From the NCBI GenBank assembly GCA_038205745.1, contig JBBRBM010000006.1, forward strand, positions 1 to 63,258: DNA of 63,258 nt, read 5' to 3'. The stretch comes from Verrucomicrobiota bacterium. GTDB lineage: Bacteria > Verrucomicrobiota > Verrucomicrobiia > Limisphaerales > SIBH01. Shown here piece by piece: positions 19,323 to 28,730 of the stretch. A program made the translations under genes and the position numbers. Position 1 is the first letter of the stretch. The number at the start of each line of letters is the position of its first letter. The notes under the pieces were generated by a model. That model had not been told where the DNA came from and ran no database searches. It saw only the letters and a program-made list of their open reading frames with translations.

Positions 19323-21764
19323 ATGACAAACCTGAAAACTCAACATCATTCCTCCACCCGGCGGCGGTGGTATCGCTGGGATGAGGAGTTGACCCTCCGC
19401 GCTCCAGTTGCCGCCCTGCTTGGACTGGCGATGATTGCGACATCGGCTCACGCGCAGCTCACGCCGCTGATCCATGTTCGGATCGAGGAAGGCAGCGGCA
19501 CGATCGCGACCAACACCGGTACGGCAGGCGGTGCGCTGACGGTGAGCACACCGGTGCCGGCGTGGGCGAACAATGTTCCGATCGGTCTTGGCAGCGGCAA
19601 GAGCATGGATTTCGGAACGGTCACGGGAAATTACTTCATCGAAAGCCCGACGAATTATCCGCAACTCACGGGCCTCACGAAGTTCACGCTCGCGGGTTGG
19701 GTGAATTGTCGCAACAGCACCGAAGGCGGCGGCGGCAATCGCATCATCACATGGATCAACGCGGGTGGCAACGGCGTGGACCTCGTCTATCACAACGACG
19801 GCAGCATCCAAATGGGCATCAACCAGTGGCCTGACGCGGGTGGATCTCCCTCGCAGCCGCGCTCCGTCGCCGGAGTGATTCCGACTGATCCCAACGCCGG
19901 TCTGGACAACTGGCGGTTCTTCGCGGTCACGTACGATTCCACGCTGGCGAGCGGTCACGTGAAGTATTACTTCGGCAGCAATGCCGGCGAGGCCACGATG
20001 AATGCCGCCTTTGATTATCAGCGTGGCGCGGTGGGCACGGCGATCAACCGTCTGTGCATTGGCCATTTCAACATCGCGACTCGCGGCGGCGCTCAGGATC
20101 GCATGTTCCGCGGACTCATCGACGAAGTGCAGGTCTTCGGCGACGCGTTGTCCCTCGCACAAATCATCGCGGTGCAACGCCCGAATGGAGCGTCATCGCC
20201 CGTCGGATTTACGAGCCAGCCGGTGAGCCAGACGGTTTTGGAAGGACAACCCGTCACCTTCAGCGTCGTGGTCACGGGCACGCCGCCCATCTCGATTCGA
20301 TGGCAGCGCAACAGCAACGATATTTCTGGCGCGACGGGCCCGACGCACTCCATTCCCGCTGCCTCGGTGGGCGACAACAACGTTTTCTTCCGCGCGGCCG
20401 TGTCGAACTCGCTGGGACAAGTGTTCAGCTCCAATGCGCTCCTCACTGTGATGGCCGACGTCATTGCGCCGACCGTCATCTCTGTGACGCCCGCTCGCAC
20501 CGCGCGCAATCTGACCAACGTGACGGTGAAGTTCTCGGAACCTGTGGACGCAGGCTCGGCTGAAGACCCGGGCAACTACGTTTTGGACGACAACATCCTG
20601 ATCACATACAGCGCGGTGCGGCAACCGGACCTCACCACCGTTCTGTTGACCGTTGATCCGCTGACACCGGACGCGACTCACACCTTGACCATCTCCGGGG
20701 TGAGCGATCGATCTGCCCTGGCCCACGTGATGAATGAAACCAATTGGACCTTCACTGGCCCGCCAACACTGGTGCCGTCGATCATCGCGACGCGTTTTGA
20801 GGAGGGAACTGGTACCACGACGACCAACAGCGGCACCATGGGCGGGACGGCGATTCTCGTGCAGCAGAATTCATTTCCTGCGTTCAGCGCGAACATTCCG
20901 ACGGGCCCTTTTGCTCCCGCGGGCAACGCGACGTCCATTGATCTCGGGAACATCGCCGCGGGCGACGGCGCGCGCGCGATCGATCTGACGACCGCCACCG
21001 GACCGAGTGGAACCGTGGGTGCGCTGAATGCCTTCACGGTTTGCGGATGGGTCAATGCACGTGACTTGAATGAAGGCTTCGGCGGCAATCGCATCGCCTT
21101 CGCACTCGCTTCTGGAAATGGGCCGGGCTTCGACATCGTGCAGCTCAATTCCGGTGCGCTTCGCATCGGCGTGAATCAATGGCCCGACGGTGGCAGCGGC
21201 GGCCCGTTCAGTTCTGCTGGCAAAATTACCGCTGACCCGTTGGCGGGCGCGGCGAACTGGGTGTTCTTCGCTGTGACTTACGATCCTTCTGCGATTGGCA
21301 GCGAGCTCAGTTACTACTTCGGCAAGCCGGATCAGCAGGCGGCACTCGACGTGACCGCAGCGTACGCGCGCGGTGCCGTGCTAACGTCCGGAATGCTTTC
21401 GCTCGGCAACTTCAGCAGCGTTGATGTCCCGGCGCGCACCAGCCTTGGACCCAACGGCCCGAGCCGTGTGTTCCGCGGTTTGATGGATGAGTTCCAGGTA
21501 TTCGACGATGCATTGTCGCTGGAACAAATCCGGCGCGTGCAGCTCAACAACGCATTGCCGCCACTGCTGACAGCGGTGCGTGAGAACAATCAGATCGCGA
21601 TCTCATGGGATTCACCAGGTGGGTTCCAGCTTCTCTATCGAGACGCGGTACACCAGGGCATCTGGCAAACCAATAGCGCCGCGCCGGAAACAAATGGCAC
21701 GCGGCGGACAGTCCGTGTGCCGTTCACGGGAGACGCGCGGTTCTTCCGGCTCCGCGGCCAATAA
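19323..21764 (+). CDS. Secreted protein with two LamG-like jelly-roll domains flanking Ig-like domains
   Basis: Duplicated GINQWPD/GVNQWPD, FFAVTYD and FRGL(I/M)DE(V/F)QVF; Ig repeat FTSQPVSQTV...WQRN; C-terminal RFFRLR. Confidence 0.8.
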   Translation: MTNLKTQHHSSTRRRWYRWDEELTLRAPVAALLGLAMIATSAHAQLTPLIHVRIEEGSGTIATNTGTAGGALTVSTPVPAWANNVPIGLGSGKSMDFGTVTGNYFIESPTNYPQLTGLTKFTLAGWVNCRNSTEGGGGNRIITWINAGGNGVDLVYHNDGSIQMGINQWPDAGGSPSQPRSVAGVIPTDPNAGLDNWRFFAVTYDSTLASGHVKYYFGSNAGEATMNAAFDYQRGAVGTAINRLCIGHFNIATRGGAQDRMFRGLIDEVQVFGDALSLAQIIAVQRPNGASSPVGFTSQPVSQTVLEGQPVTFSVVVTGTPPISIRWQRNSNDISGATGPTHSIPAASVGDNNVFFRAAVSNSLGQVFSSNALLTVMADVIAPTVISVTPARTARNLTNVTVKFSEPVDAGSAEDPGNYVLDDNILITYSAVRQPDLTTVLLTVDPLTPDATHTLTISGVSDRSALAHVMNETNWTFTGPPTLVPSIIATRFEEGTGTTTTNSGTMGGTAILVQQNSFPAFSANIPTGPFAPAGNATSIDLGNIAAGDGARAIDLTTATGPSGTVGALNAFTVCGWVNARDLNEGFGGNRIAFALASGNGPGFDIVQLNSGALRIGVNQWPDGGSGGPFSSAGKITADPLAGAANWVFFAVTYDPSAIGSELSYYFGKPDQQAALDVTAAYARGAVLTSGMLSLGNFSSVDVPARTSLGPNGPSRVFRGLMDEFQVFDDALSLEQIRRVQLNNALPPLLTAVRENNQIAISWDSPGGFQLLYRDAVHQGIWQTNSAAPETNGTRRTVRVPFTGDARFFRLRGQ

Positions 21765-21881
21765 TTGAAAAAGCAGTTATCCACTCACGGGCTGGCTGAT
21801 CCGCAGCCAGCCCTTGCTCAACCGTCGCCGGTTCCAAATGGCTATCGACGACAGCGTCGAGAGTTGAAAATGTTTATGGAA

Positions 21882-23240
21882 ATGAAATTCAAGTGCGTGC
21901 TGTCGATCCTCGTCGCCGGTCTGACTTTGGTGACTTTTGGCGCGGCGCGAGCGGGCGGGGCGACTCAGTTTCCGCTCAAGCCGGGTCCGACCGGTCGTCA
22001 CCTCGTGGATCAGCGCGGCACGCCGTTCTTCTACAATGCAGACACGCCCTGGATGGTGTTTCTCAAACTCACCGAAGCGGAGGCGGACGCGTATTTCGAG
22101 ACGCGGCAGGCGCAGGGATTCAATGCGGTTCAAATCATCATGACCGGCTTTCTCGGCATGACGAATCGTGCGGGTGAACGGCCTTTCGCCGGCACGACGA
22201 ACGCGCAGGATTTCGCGCAGCCGAACGAAAAGTTCTTCGCCCATGTCGATCGGGTGATCGAGAACGCCACGAAGCGCGGACTGTTCCTCGCCATCGCCCC
22301 CGCGTGGTCGGGTTGTTGCGGCGAAGGCTGGGCGGGCAGGAACAAGGACGGCTCGCCGAAACCGCTCAACGCGAACGGCCCCGAGAAATCTCGCGAGCTC
22401 GGACGCTGGCTCGGCAAGCGTTACGCGAAGAATCAGAACATCATGTGGATCCTCGGCGGTGATATTGATCCCGACAACGCGCGTGATTCGATTCGTGGGC
22501 TCGCGCTCGGTCTGAAGGAATCCGCGCCGCACCATCTGCTCACGTATCACGCGTCTTCCTCGCACTCCTCGACGGACGTGTGGCCGAAGGAGAACTGGAT
22601 CGATGTGCCGATGGTTTACACCTATTTCCGCGGTTTCAACAAAGCGTGGAACAAGAATCAGCCGGACGTTTACGAAGTCGGCTGGAAGGAATACGCGAAG
22701 TCGCCGACGCGCCCGTTTTTCCTCGGCGAATCCACTTACGAAGGCGAGCACAGCGCGTGGGGCTCGGCGCTTCAGGCGCGGAAGCAGGCTTACTGGGCGG
22801 TTCTGAGCGGCGGATTCGGAAACGCTTACGGCTCGCCCAATTGGAACATGCCGAAGAACTGGCGCGAGGTGCTGAAGCTGCCCGGCGCTGCGAGCCTGAA
22901 ACATTTCCGTGAGCTTTTCGGATCGCGCGAGTGGTGGAAGCTCGTTCCCGATTCGAAGAATGAATTCGTCACCGCAGGCCACGGCACCATGGCCACGAAC
23001 GATCTCGCCGTCGCGGCGCTGGCGAACGACGGGAGCTTCGGGATGGTGTATCTCCCATCCGTTCGCCCGCTCACCGTCGACTTGAGAAAACTCACGAAAG
23101 CACCGGTGCAGATGAGTTGGTTCAATCCGCGCGACGGCTCGTTCGAGAAGGGAGAATCCTTCCCGAACAATGGTCCGGTGAACATTTCCCGGATCGCCGC
23201 CGCCGACTGGGTGCTCGTGTTGGAGGGTGCAAAGCAATGA
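21882..23240 (+). CDS. DUF4038 / GH140 apiosidase-like glycoside hydrolase with C-terminal putative collagen-binding-type domain
   Basis: PFFYNADTPW, RQAQGFNAVQ, NIMWILGGD, GESTYE, RKQAYWAVLSG, WFNPRDG, DWVLVL. Start among ATGs 21870/21876/21882. Confidence 0.8.
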   Translation: MKFKCVLSILVAGLTLVTFGAARAGGATQFPLKPGPTGRHLVDQRGTPFFYNADTPWMVFLKLTEAEADAYFETRQAQGFNAVQIIMTGFLGMTNRAGERPFAGTTNAQDFAQPNEKFFAHVDRVIENATKRGLFLAIAPAWSGCCGEGWAGRNKDGSPKPLNANGPEKSRELGRWLGKRYAKNQNIMWILGGDIDPDNARDSIRGLALGLKESAPHHLLTYHASSSHSSTDVWPKENWIDVPMVYTYFRGFNKAWNKNQPDVYEVGWKEYAKSPTRPFFLGESTYEGEHSAWGSALQARKQAYWAVLSGGFGNAYGSPNWNMPKNWREVLKLPGAASLKHFRELFGSREWWKLVPDSKNEFVTAGHGTMATNDLAVAALANDGSFGMVYLPSVRPLTVDLRKLTKAPVQMSWFNPRDGSFEKGESFPNNGPVNISRIAAADWVLVLEGAKQ

Positions 23241-24262
23241 AAGCCCCGCTTCGCTTCGCCATCTTCGGCACGGGCTTCTGGTCGCGCTATCAACTCGCGG
23301 GCTGGCGCGAGTTGAAAGGCGCAGAGTGCGTGGCGCTCTACAATCGCACACGCAGCAAGGCTGAGAAGCTCGCGACGGAGTTCGGCGCGCCCGCAGTTTA
23401 CGACGACGCCGAAGAACTGCTCGCGCGCGAGAAGCTCGACTTCATCGACATCATCACGGACGTGGACACGCACGTGCCGTTCGTGGAACTCGCGGCGAAG
23501 CACAAGGTGCCGGTGATTTGTCAAAAGCCGATGGCGCCGACGCTCGCGATGGCGGAGCGCATGGTGACAACGTGCAAGTCCGCTGGTGTGTCCTTGGCGA
23601 TTCATGAGAACTGGCGCTGGCAAACACCGCTGCGCGAATTGAAGCGCGCGCTTGATTCCGGCGTGATCGGACGCGTGTTCCGCGCTCGTGTCGATTTCTG
23701 CAACAGCTTTCCCGTCTTCGAGAACCAGCCGTTCCTGAAAGAGTTGGAGCAATTCATTCTGACCGACATCGGCAGCCACATTCTCGACACGACACGATTT
23801 CTTTTCGGTGAAGCGCGCACTCTGTATTGCCGCACGGATCGCGTGCATCACGACATCAAGGGCGAAGATGTCGCGACTGTGATGATGGGGATGCACTCCG
23901 GCGCGACGGTCACTTGCAACATGAGTTACGCGAGCCCGGTGGAACACGATCGGTTTCCCGAGACGTTCGTGTTCATCGAAGGCGAACTTGGCTCGATCGA
24001 ACTCGCGCCGGATTTCTGGCTGCGCGTCACGACGAAGAACGGCACGCAATCGCGCCGCTGCCCGCCGCCGTTTTATCCGTGGGCGGATGCGCGCTACGCG
24101 CTCGTTCACACCAGCATCGTCGCGTGTAATGCGGATCTGGTGCGCGCGTTCCAAACGAACACTCCGGCTGAGACGAGCGGCGACGACAATTTGAAAACGG
24201 TGAAGCTCGTGTTCGCATCGTACGACGCGGCGAACACCGGACGCGTCATCACACTGAATTGA
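23237..24262 (+). CDS. apsD: Gfo/Idh/MocA oxidoreductase, probable D-apiose dehydrogenase
   Basis: DFIDI, PVICQKP, HENWRWQTP, NQPFL and IKGEDVAT match the ApsD subfamily as recalled; adjacent to apnO. Confidence 0.7.
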   Translation: MKAPLRFAIFGTGFWSRYQLAGWRELKGAECVALYNRTRSKAEKLATEFGAPAVYDDAEELLAREKLDFIDIITDVDTHVPFVELAAKHKVPVICQKPMAPTLAMAERMVTTCKSAGVSLAIHENWRWQTPLRELKRALDSGVIGRVFRARVDFCNSFPVFENQPFLKELEQFILTDIGSHILDTTRFLFGEARTLYCRTDRVHHDIKGEDVATVMMGMHSGATVTCNMSYASPVEHDRFPETFVFIEGELGSIELAPDFWLRVTTKNGTQSRRCPPPFYPWADARYALVHTSIVACNADLVRAFQTNTPAETSGDDNLKTVKLVFASYDAANTGRVITLN

Positions 24263-24265
24263 TTT

Positions 24266-24364
24266 ACTGACCTACTGATTACTGATTACTGATCACTGAA
24301 AACTGATCACTGATTACTGATCACTGAAAACTGATCACTGAAAACTGATCACTGAAAACTGAAC
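24266..24364 (+). repeat. Tandem heptamer array ACTGA(TT/TC/AA) x13 plus one imperfect unit
   Basis: actgacct, then actgatt actgatt actgatc actgaaa actgatc actgatt actgatc actgaaa actgatc actgaaa actgatc actgaaa actgaac, directly before ATG 24365. Confidence 0.95.
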
Positions 24365-25195
24365 ATGAAAACCCTGACCCTCATCGGAGCCGGCGGCAAA
24401 ATGGGTTGCCGCATCACCAACAACATCAAGAACAGCGACTGGACGGTGCATTACCTGGAAGTCAGCGCGCCCGGCATCCAGCGGCTCGCTGATTGCGGCG
24501 TGAGTTGTTCCGAACCTTCGGAAGCGTTGCGCGCGGCAGATGTGGCGATCTTCGCGGTGCCGGATGTGGCGATCGAACTGGTGACGAATGAAATGATCCC
24601 GAAGCTGAAGTCCGGCGCACTGGTGATCCTGCTCGATCCCGCGGCGCCGCTCGATGGCAAGGTCGCGCAGCGTGCTGACCTCGGTTACTTCATCGCGCAC
24701 CCGTGTCACCCGTCCGTGTTCAACTGGGAACCGACCGAGCAATCATTCCGAGATTTTTACGGTGGCATTTCGGCCAAGCAGGCGGCGGTCTGCGCTTTGA
24801 TGAGCGGGGACGAAAAGTATTACGAACTCGGAGCTGAAGTGACGAAACTGATCTACAAGCCAGTGAATAAAATCCATCGCGTGACGCTGGAGCAAATGGC
24901 GATCCTCGAGCCCGCGCTCGTCGAAACGCTCGCGCAGACGTGCATGGAGATCGTGAAGGAAGGTTATGACCGCACCGTGGCAAAAGGTGTTCCGGCGGAA
25001 GCCGCGCGCGACTTCGTGCTCGGCCATTTGCGTATCCAGATCGCGGTGTTGTTCGGCGAAGTGAACGGAACGTTTTCGGACGCCGCCTACAAGATCAGCA
25101 AGCGGGCCAAGCCGGTCCTGTTCAAGGAAGGATGGCAAAAGATTTTCGAGATGGACGACATCCGCGAACAGGTGCGGGACATTACGAGGAAGTAG
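24365..25195 (+). CDS. apnO: D-apionate oxidoisomerase (ApnO family, PGDH_C domain)
   Basis: LIGAGGKMG.R, AVPD, LDPAAP, HPCHP, (Y/F)GGI.AKQ, EQMAILEPALVET, ARDF.LGH, FSDAA. Confidence 0.8.
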   Translation: MKTLTLIGAGGKMGCRITNNIKNSDWTVHYLEVSAPGIQRLADCGVSCSEPSEALRAADVAIFAVPDVAIELVTNEMIPKLKSGALVILLDPAAPLDGKVAQRADLGYFIAHPCHPSVFNWEPTEQSFRDFYGGISAKQAAVCALMSGDEKYYELGAEVTKLIYKPVNKIHRVTLEQMAILEPALVETLAQTCMEIVKEGYDRTVAKGVPAEAARDFVLGHLRIQIAVLFGEVNGTFSDAAYKISKRAKPVLFKEGWQKIFEMDDIREQVRDITRK

Positions 25196-25269
25196 TTGGT
25201 TGTCGGTTGTTCGTGGTTCGTTGTGGCCGCACGGAGTCACATTCCACGAACCACAAACCACGAACCACG
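25196..25269. repeat. Inverted heptamer arms (TTCGTGG-like / CCACGAA-like) with short spacer
   Basis: ttggttg tcggttg ttcgtgg ttcgttg ... ccacgaa ccacaaa ccacgaa ccacg, between the apnO stop and the next start. Confidence 0.85.
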
Positions 25270-26075
25270 TGCAATTAGGAATCAGCAGTTACACGTTCGG
25301 CTGGGCGATCGGAGTGCGCGGTTCAGAACCGATGCAACCGCTCGACGAGCACGGTTTGCTCGACAAGGCGCGCGAGTTCGGCGTGAAGCTGTTGCAGGTC
25401 GGCGACAATCTTCCGCTGCACACATTCGACGAAGCGCGGCTGGCGAAGCTTGCGGAACGCGCAACGCGTGAATGTGTTCAGATCGAGGTCGGTGCTCGGC
25501 GGCTCGTACCGGAGCGGGTCGCTGAATATGCGCGCATTGCTCGTCGGCTGAACGCGAAGCTGATCCGTTTCGTGGTCGATGACGCAGACTTTCATCCAAA
25601 GCCCGAAGACGTCACCGCTGTATTGAAGGAATGCGCGCCGATGCTCGATGGGCTTCTGCTCGGGATTGAGAATCACGATCGCTTCACCGCCGGGACGTTG
25701 CGCGAAATGATCGAACGAGCGGGCAGCGACCGCATCGGCGTGTGTCTCGACACGGCGAATTCATTCGGCGCAGGCGAAGGCATCGACGCCGTGGCGGAAA
25801 CGCTCGCGCCGTTGGTCTTGAATCTGCACGTGAAAGACTTTCACATCGCGCGCGTGCCTCACCTCATGGGATTCACGGTCACCGGACGACCGGCGGGCAG
25901 CGGCCTTTTGGATTTGCCGCGGCTGCTCAAACAACTGGCGTCCGCGCGCCGGTGTGAAACCGCGATCCTCGAGCTCTGGACTCCACCCGAGCCACGGCTC
26001 GAAGACACAATCGCGAAAGAGGCGGCGTGGGCCGCGCAAAGCATCAACTACCTCAAGCCATTCTTTAAGATATGA
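25269..26075 (+). CDS. Xylose-isomerase-like TIM barrel, probable 3-oxo-isoapionate decarboxylase (OiaC-like)
   Basis: LGISSYTFGW, IENHDR, CLDTANS, LHVKDF, LELW motifs; follows apnO. Start GTG 25269 inferred. Confidence 0.6.
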   Translation: MQLGISSYTFGWAIGVRGSEPMQPLDEHGLLDKAREFGVKLLQVGDNLPLHTFDEARLAKLAERATRECVQIEVGARRLVPERVAEYARIARRLNAKLIRFVVDDADFHPKPEDVTAVLKECAPMLDGLLLGIENHDRFTAGTLREMIERAGSDRIGVCLDTANSFGAGEGIDAVAETLAPLVLNLHVKDFHIARVPHLMGFTVTGRPAGSGLLDLPRLLKQLASARRCETAILELWTPPEPRLEDTIAKEAAWAAQSINYLKPFFKI

Positions 26076-26130
26076 AATTTGTGTTGTCGCTGTTCGCCGA
26101 TCCGATGCGCTTTGGTTTTCTGAGTGGGCG

Positions 26131-26290
26131 TTCCCCCTCACCCCGGCCGTCTCCCTTGGGGAGAGGGAGAAGCGTTTCGTCGTCTCGCCACATTCTGTCA
26201 CGTCTCGTGCGATTACCGCGCTGTGCTTGCACCGAAAGTGGGAAACCGTGTCCCCCTCTCCCCCAGGGAGGGGGCCGGGGTGAGGGGGAA
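26131..26290. repeat. CCCTCACCCCGGCC-type REP/MITE inverted pair
   Basis: TTCCCCCTCACCCCGGCCGTCTCCCTTGGGGAGAGGGAGA (26131-26170) / TCCCCCTCTCCCCCAGGGAGGGGGCCGGGGTGAGGGGGAA (26251-26290). Confidence 0.85.
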
Positions 26291-26314
26291 AGCAGCGCAA
26301 TTTTTCCCCGCCCC

Positions 26315-27322
26315 ATGCGACTGCTCTGCACCGCGTTTAGCGCACTCGCGCTTCTTTTCGTTGGCTGCAACAAATCAGATTCGGGCGGCGGGTCCACGTC
26401 CAGCGCGAGCGGGAAACAGCTCACCATTGGCGTCTCGTTCGAGACGTTGCAGACCGAATATTGGGTCGCCGGTTTCAACGCGATCAAAGACGAATTGAAG
26501 CAATGCAACTTCAAGGTTCTTGAAGCAGTGGCCGACGGCGATGCGAACAAGCAACTCGAACAAGTGCGCAACTTCATCACGCGCAAAGTGGATGGCATCA
26601 TCATCGTGCCGAAGGACGCGAAGACGATCCTTCCGTCCATCAAGGCCGCGAACGCGGCGAACATTCCGATCGTGCTGTTCAACCGTCCGGCAGATGTGAG
26701 TGCGGGCGTGAAATCCGCGGCGGTTGTTGCGGATAACTTCGCGCTCACGAAAGAGACGGTGACCTACATGATCGGCGAGGCGAAGAAGACCGGGAAGAAG
26801 CACAAGGCGCTCGTCGTAATCGGCGACCTTGGAGACATCAATGCGATCGGGCGTCGCGATGGTTTCGAAGCTGCCGTAAAAGAAGCGCCCGACGTCGTCG
26901 AGGTGGCTGCGCGCGTGCCAAGCGAGTGGAACCAGGAAAAGGCACAGGCGGGTGTGGTCAACGCGTTGCAGGCGAACCCGGACATTTCATTCATCTTCAC
27001 CAGCTCGGACTTTTTGTTTCCAAGCATCGTCAGCGCGCTGAAAAGCAGCGGGAAGTACAAGAAGATCGGCGAGCCTGGCCACGTGATCCTCGGCGGGTTC
27101 GACGGCGACGCGATGGCTTACCAGATGTTGAAGGACGGCTACCTCGACGCGACGGGCGTGCAGGACGTTTACTTCGAAGCGAAGGCGAGCGTGCAGGCGG
27201 TGCTCGACATGCGTGAAGGCAAACAGGTCGCCGACGTGATCAAGGATCCCGGGTTCGTGATTCATCAAGCGAACTTGAAGGAGAAGGCGGGACAGATGTG
27301 GGGAGCGAATGTGAAACGATAG
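26315..27322 (+). CDS. Sugar ABC transporter substrate-binding lipoprotein (RbsB-like)
   Basis: Lipobox LLFVGC; VDGIIIVP, IPIVLFNR, RRDGF and GGFDG periplasmic-binding motifs. Confidence 0.88.
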   Translation: MRLLCTAFSALALLFVGCNKSDSGGGSTSSASGKQLTIGVSFETLQTEYWVAGFNAIKDELKQCNFKVLEAVADGDANKQLEQVRNFITRKVDGIIIVPKDAKTILPSIKAANAANIPIVLFNRPADVSAGVKSAAVVADNFALTKETVTYMIGEAKKTGKKHKALVVIGDLGDINAIGRRDGFEAAVKEAPDVVEVAARVPSEWNQEKAQAGVVNALQANPDISFIFTSSDFLFPSIVSALKSSGKYKKIGEPGHVILGGFDGDAMAYQMLKDGYLDATGVQDVYFEAKASVQAVLDMREGKQVADVIKDPGFVIHQANLKEKAGQMWGANVKR

Positions 27323-27327
27323 ATGGC

Positions 27328-27352
27328 GGTTCGTGGTTCGTGGTTCGTGGTG
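27328..27352 (+). repeat. Left heptamer arm (GGTTCGT)x3
   Basis: ggttcgt ggttcgt ggttcgt ggtgg immediately upstream of the four-helix-bundle gene. Confidence 0.85.
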
Positions 27353-27360
27353 GGGTGCGT

Positions 27361-27735
27361 ATGGCTAAGACGAATTTTGAGAAACTAAGGGTTTACGGAT
27401 TGGCGGAAGAGATTGCGGATTTGATTTGGGACATCGCACTGGAGTGGCCGGGGTTTGCGAAGGACGCCGTTGGCAAGCAGATTGTTCGGGCCGCGGATAG
27501 CATCGGAGCGAACATCGCCGAAGGTGTCGGACGCGGAAGTCACAAGGACAATCAGCGTTTCGTTCGAACCGCGCGCGGCTCACTTTACGAAACGAAGCAT
27601 TGGCTGCGGCGGGCGTTCAAGCGAAAGCTTCTCACAAAAGCGCAGGTGGACTCCCTCAAGCCATTGCTCGACGAATTAGCGCCAAAGCTCAACGCCTATC
27701 TCAACTCCATCGGTCGCTTTCCAGACACCGAATGA
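27361..27735 (+). CDS. Four-helix-bundle protein (23S rRNA IVP / TIGR02436-like)
   Basis: FEKLRVY, QIVRAADSIGANIAEG.GR, RFVRTARGSLYET motifs. Confidence 0.9.
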   Translation: MAKTNFEKLRVYGLAEEIADLIWDIALEWPGFAKDAVGKQIVRAADSIGANIAEGVGRGSHKDNQRFVRTARGSLYETKHWLRRAFKRKLLTKAQVDSLKPLLDELAPKLNAYLNSIGRFPDTE

Positions 27736-28730
27736 CCGCCACCACAACAAGCAACGAACAACGAACAACAAACAAGTTCCTAACCCTTTTCGCGTCCGAA
27801 TACCTCGTCCTCGCTCTGTGCGTTCTTTATTTCACGGCTCTTGCGCCGTTTGCTGAAGGCTTCGCGTCGCGCGGCAATTTCGGGAACATCCTGCTCACGC
27901 TCCTGCCACTGTTCATGTTGGCGATCGGGCAGACCGTGGTGCTCATCACGGGCGGCATCGATTTGTCAGTCACCTCCACCATCGCGCTCACGAGCGTGGT
28001 CGGAGCGATGGTGATGAGCGGTGACAACGGCTGGCTCGCTGGCAACCCATTGGCGGTGCCGATTGCGATCACTCTGATGCTCATCGTCGGCGGGGCGGTT
28101 GGACTGCTGAATGGAATTGCCATCACGCGGCTGCGCATGCCGGCGTTCATCGTGACGCTCACCACGATGATGTTCGTGAGCGGGTTCGCGGTGTGGCTGA
28201 CGAAGTCGAAGAACATCGGCGCGCTGCCCGGCGCTTTCACGTTGATCGGGAACAATCTTTGGATTTCCCTGCCGCTCACCGCGGTCGTGGCCGCGTTCGC
28301 TCACTTGATGCTGAGCCGATCGCTGTTTGGCCGCTGGCTTTACGCTGTCGGGCACAACAACCGCGCGGCTTACGTCTCGGGCGTGCCGGTCGCGGGCATC
28401 ACGTGTTCGGCTTACGTCGTCAGCGGCGCGTGCGCGGCGCTTGCGTCGGTGCTGCTCACCGGCCAGGCGGAGACGGGTTCGCCCGTCCTCGGCAAAAACC
28501 TGCTGCTCGATGTCATCGGCGCCACCGTCATCGGTGGCACCAGCCTGTTTGGGGGAAAAGGCAAAGTGCTGTGGACCTTGTTCGGCGTGCTCTTCCTGAA
28601 ACTCATCGATAACAGTCTCAACCTGCTGAATCTCTCCGACTGGGACATCCGCATGGTGAAGGGCGGAGTGATCTTGTTCGCCGCGCTGATGGATGCGGTG
28701 CGGAATCGGTTCGTGGTTCGTAGTTCGTAG
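27732..28730 (+). CDS. Sugar ABC transporter permease (RbsC-like)
   Basis: GQTVVLITGGIDLSV, PAFIVTL, GRWLYAVG, IGGTSLFGGKG; ATGA overlap with the upstream gene. Confidence 0.92.
   Translation: MTATTTSNEQRTTNKFLTLFASEYLVLALCVLYFTALAPFAEGFASRGNFGNILLTLLPLFMLAIGQTVVLITGGIDLSVTSTIALTSVVGAMVMSGDNGWLAGNPLAVPIAITLMLIVGGAVGLLNGIAITRLRMPAFIVTLTTMMFVSGFAVWLTKSKNIGALPGAFTLIGNNLWISLPLTAVVAAFAHLMLSRSLFGRWLYAVGHNNRAAYVSGVPVAGITCSAYVVSGACAALASVLLTGQAETGSPVLGKNLLLDVIGATVIGGTSLFGGKGKVLWTLFGVLFLKLIDNSLNLLNLSDWDIRMVKGGVILFAALMDAVRNRFVVRSS
27742..27776 (-). repeat. Right heptamer arm (inverse of TTCGTTG-type), translated as the permease N-terminus
   Basis: ccacaac aagcaac gaacaac gaacaac aaacaag encodes TTSNEQRTTNK. 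Confidence 0.8.

Noticed and set aside
24266-24364. CRISPR array
   Set aside because: The units are contiguous 7-mers with no unique spacers, and no cas genes are present.
26072-26314. 81-aa N-terminal extension of the binding protein
   Set aside because: It is a translation of the REP element; the lipoprotein signal starts at ATG 26315.
27361-27735. Diversity-generating retroelement or rRNA intervening sequence
   Set aside because: The fold is Avd/IVP-like, but the window has no reverse transcriptase, TR/VR pair or rRNA gene.
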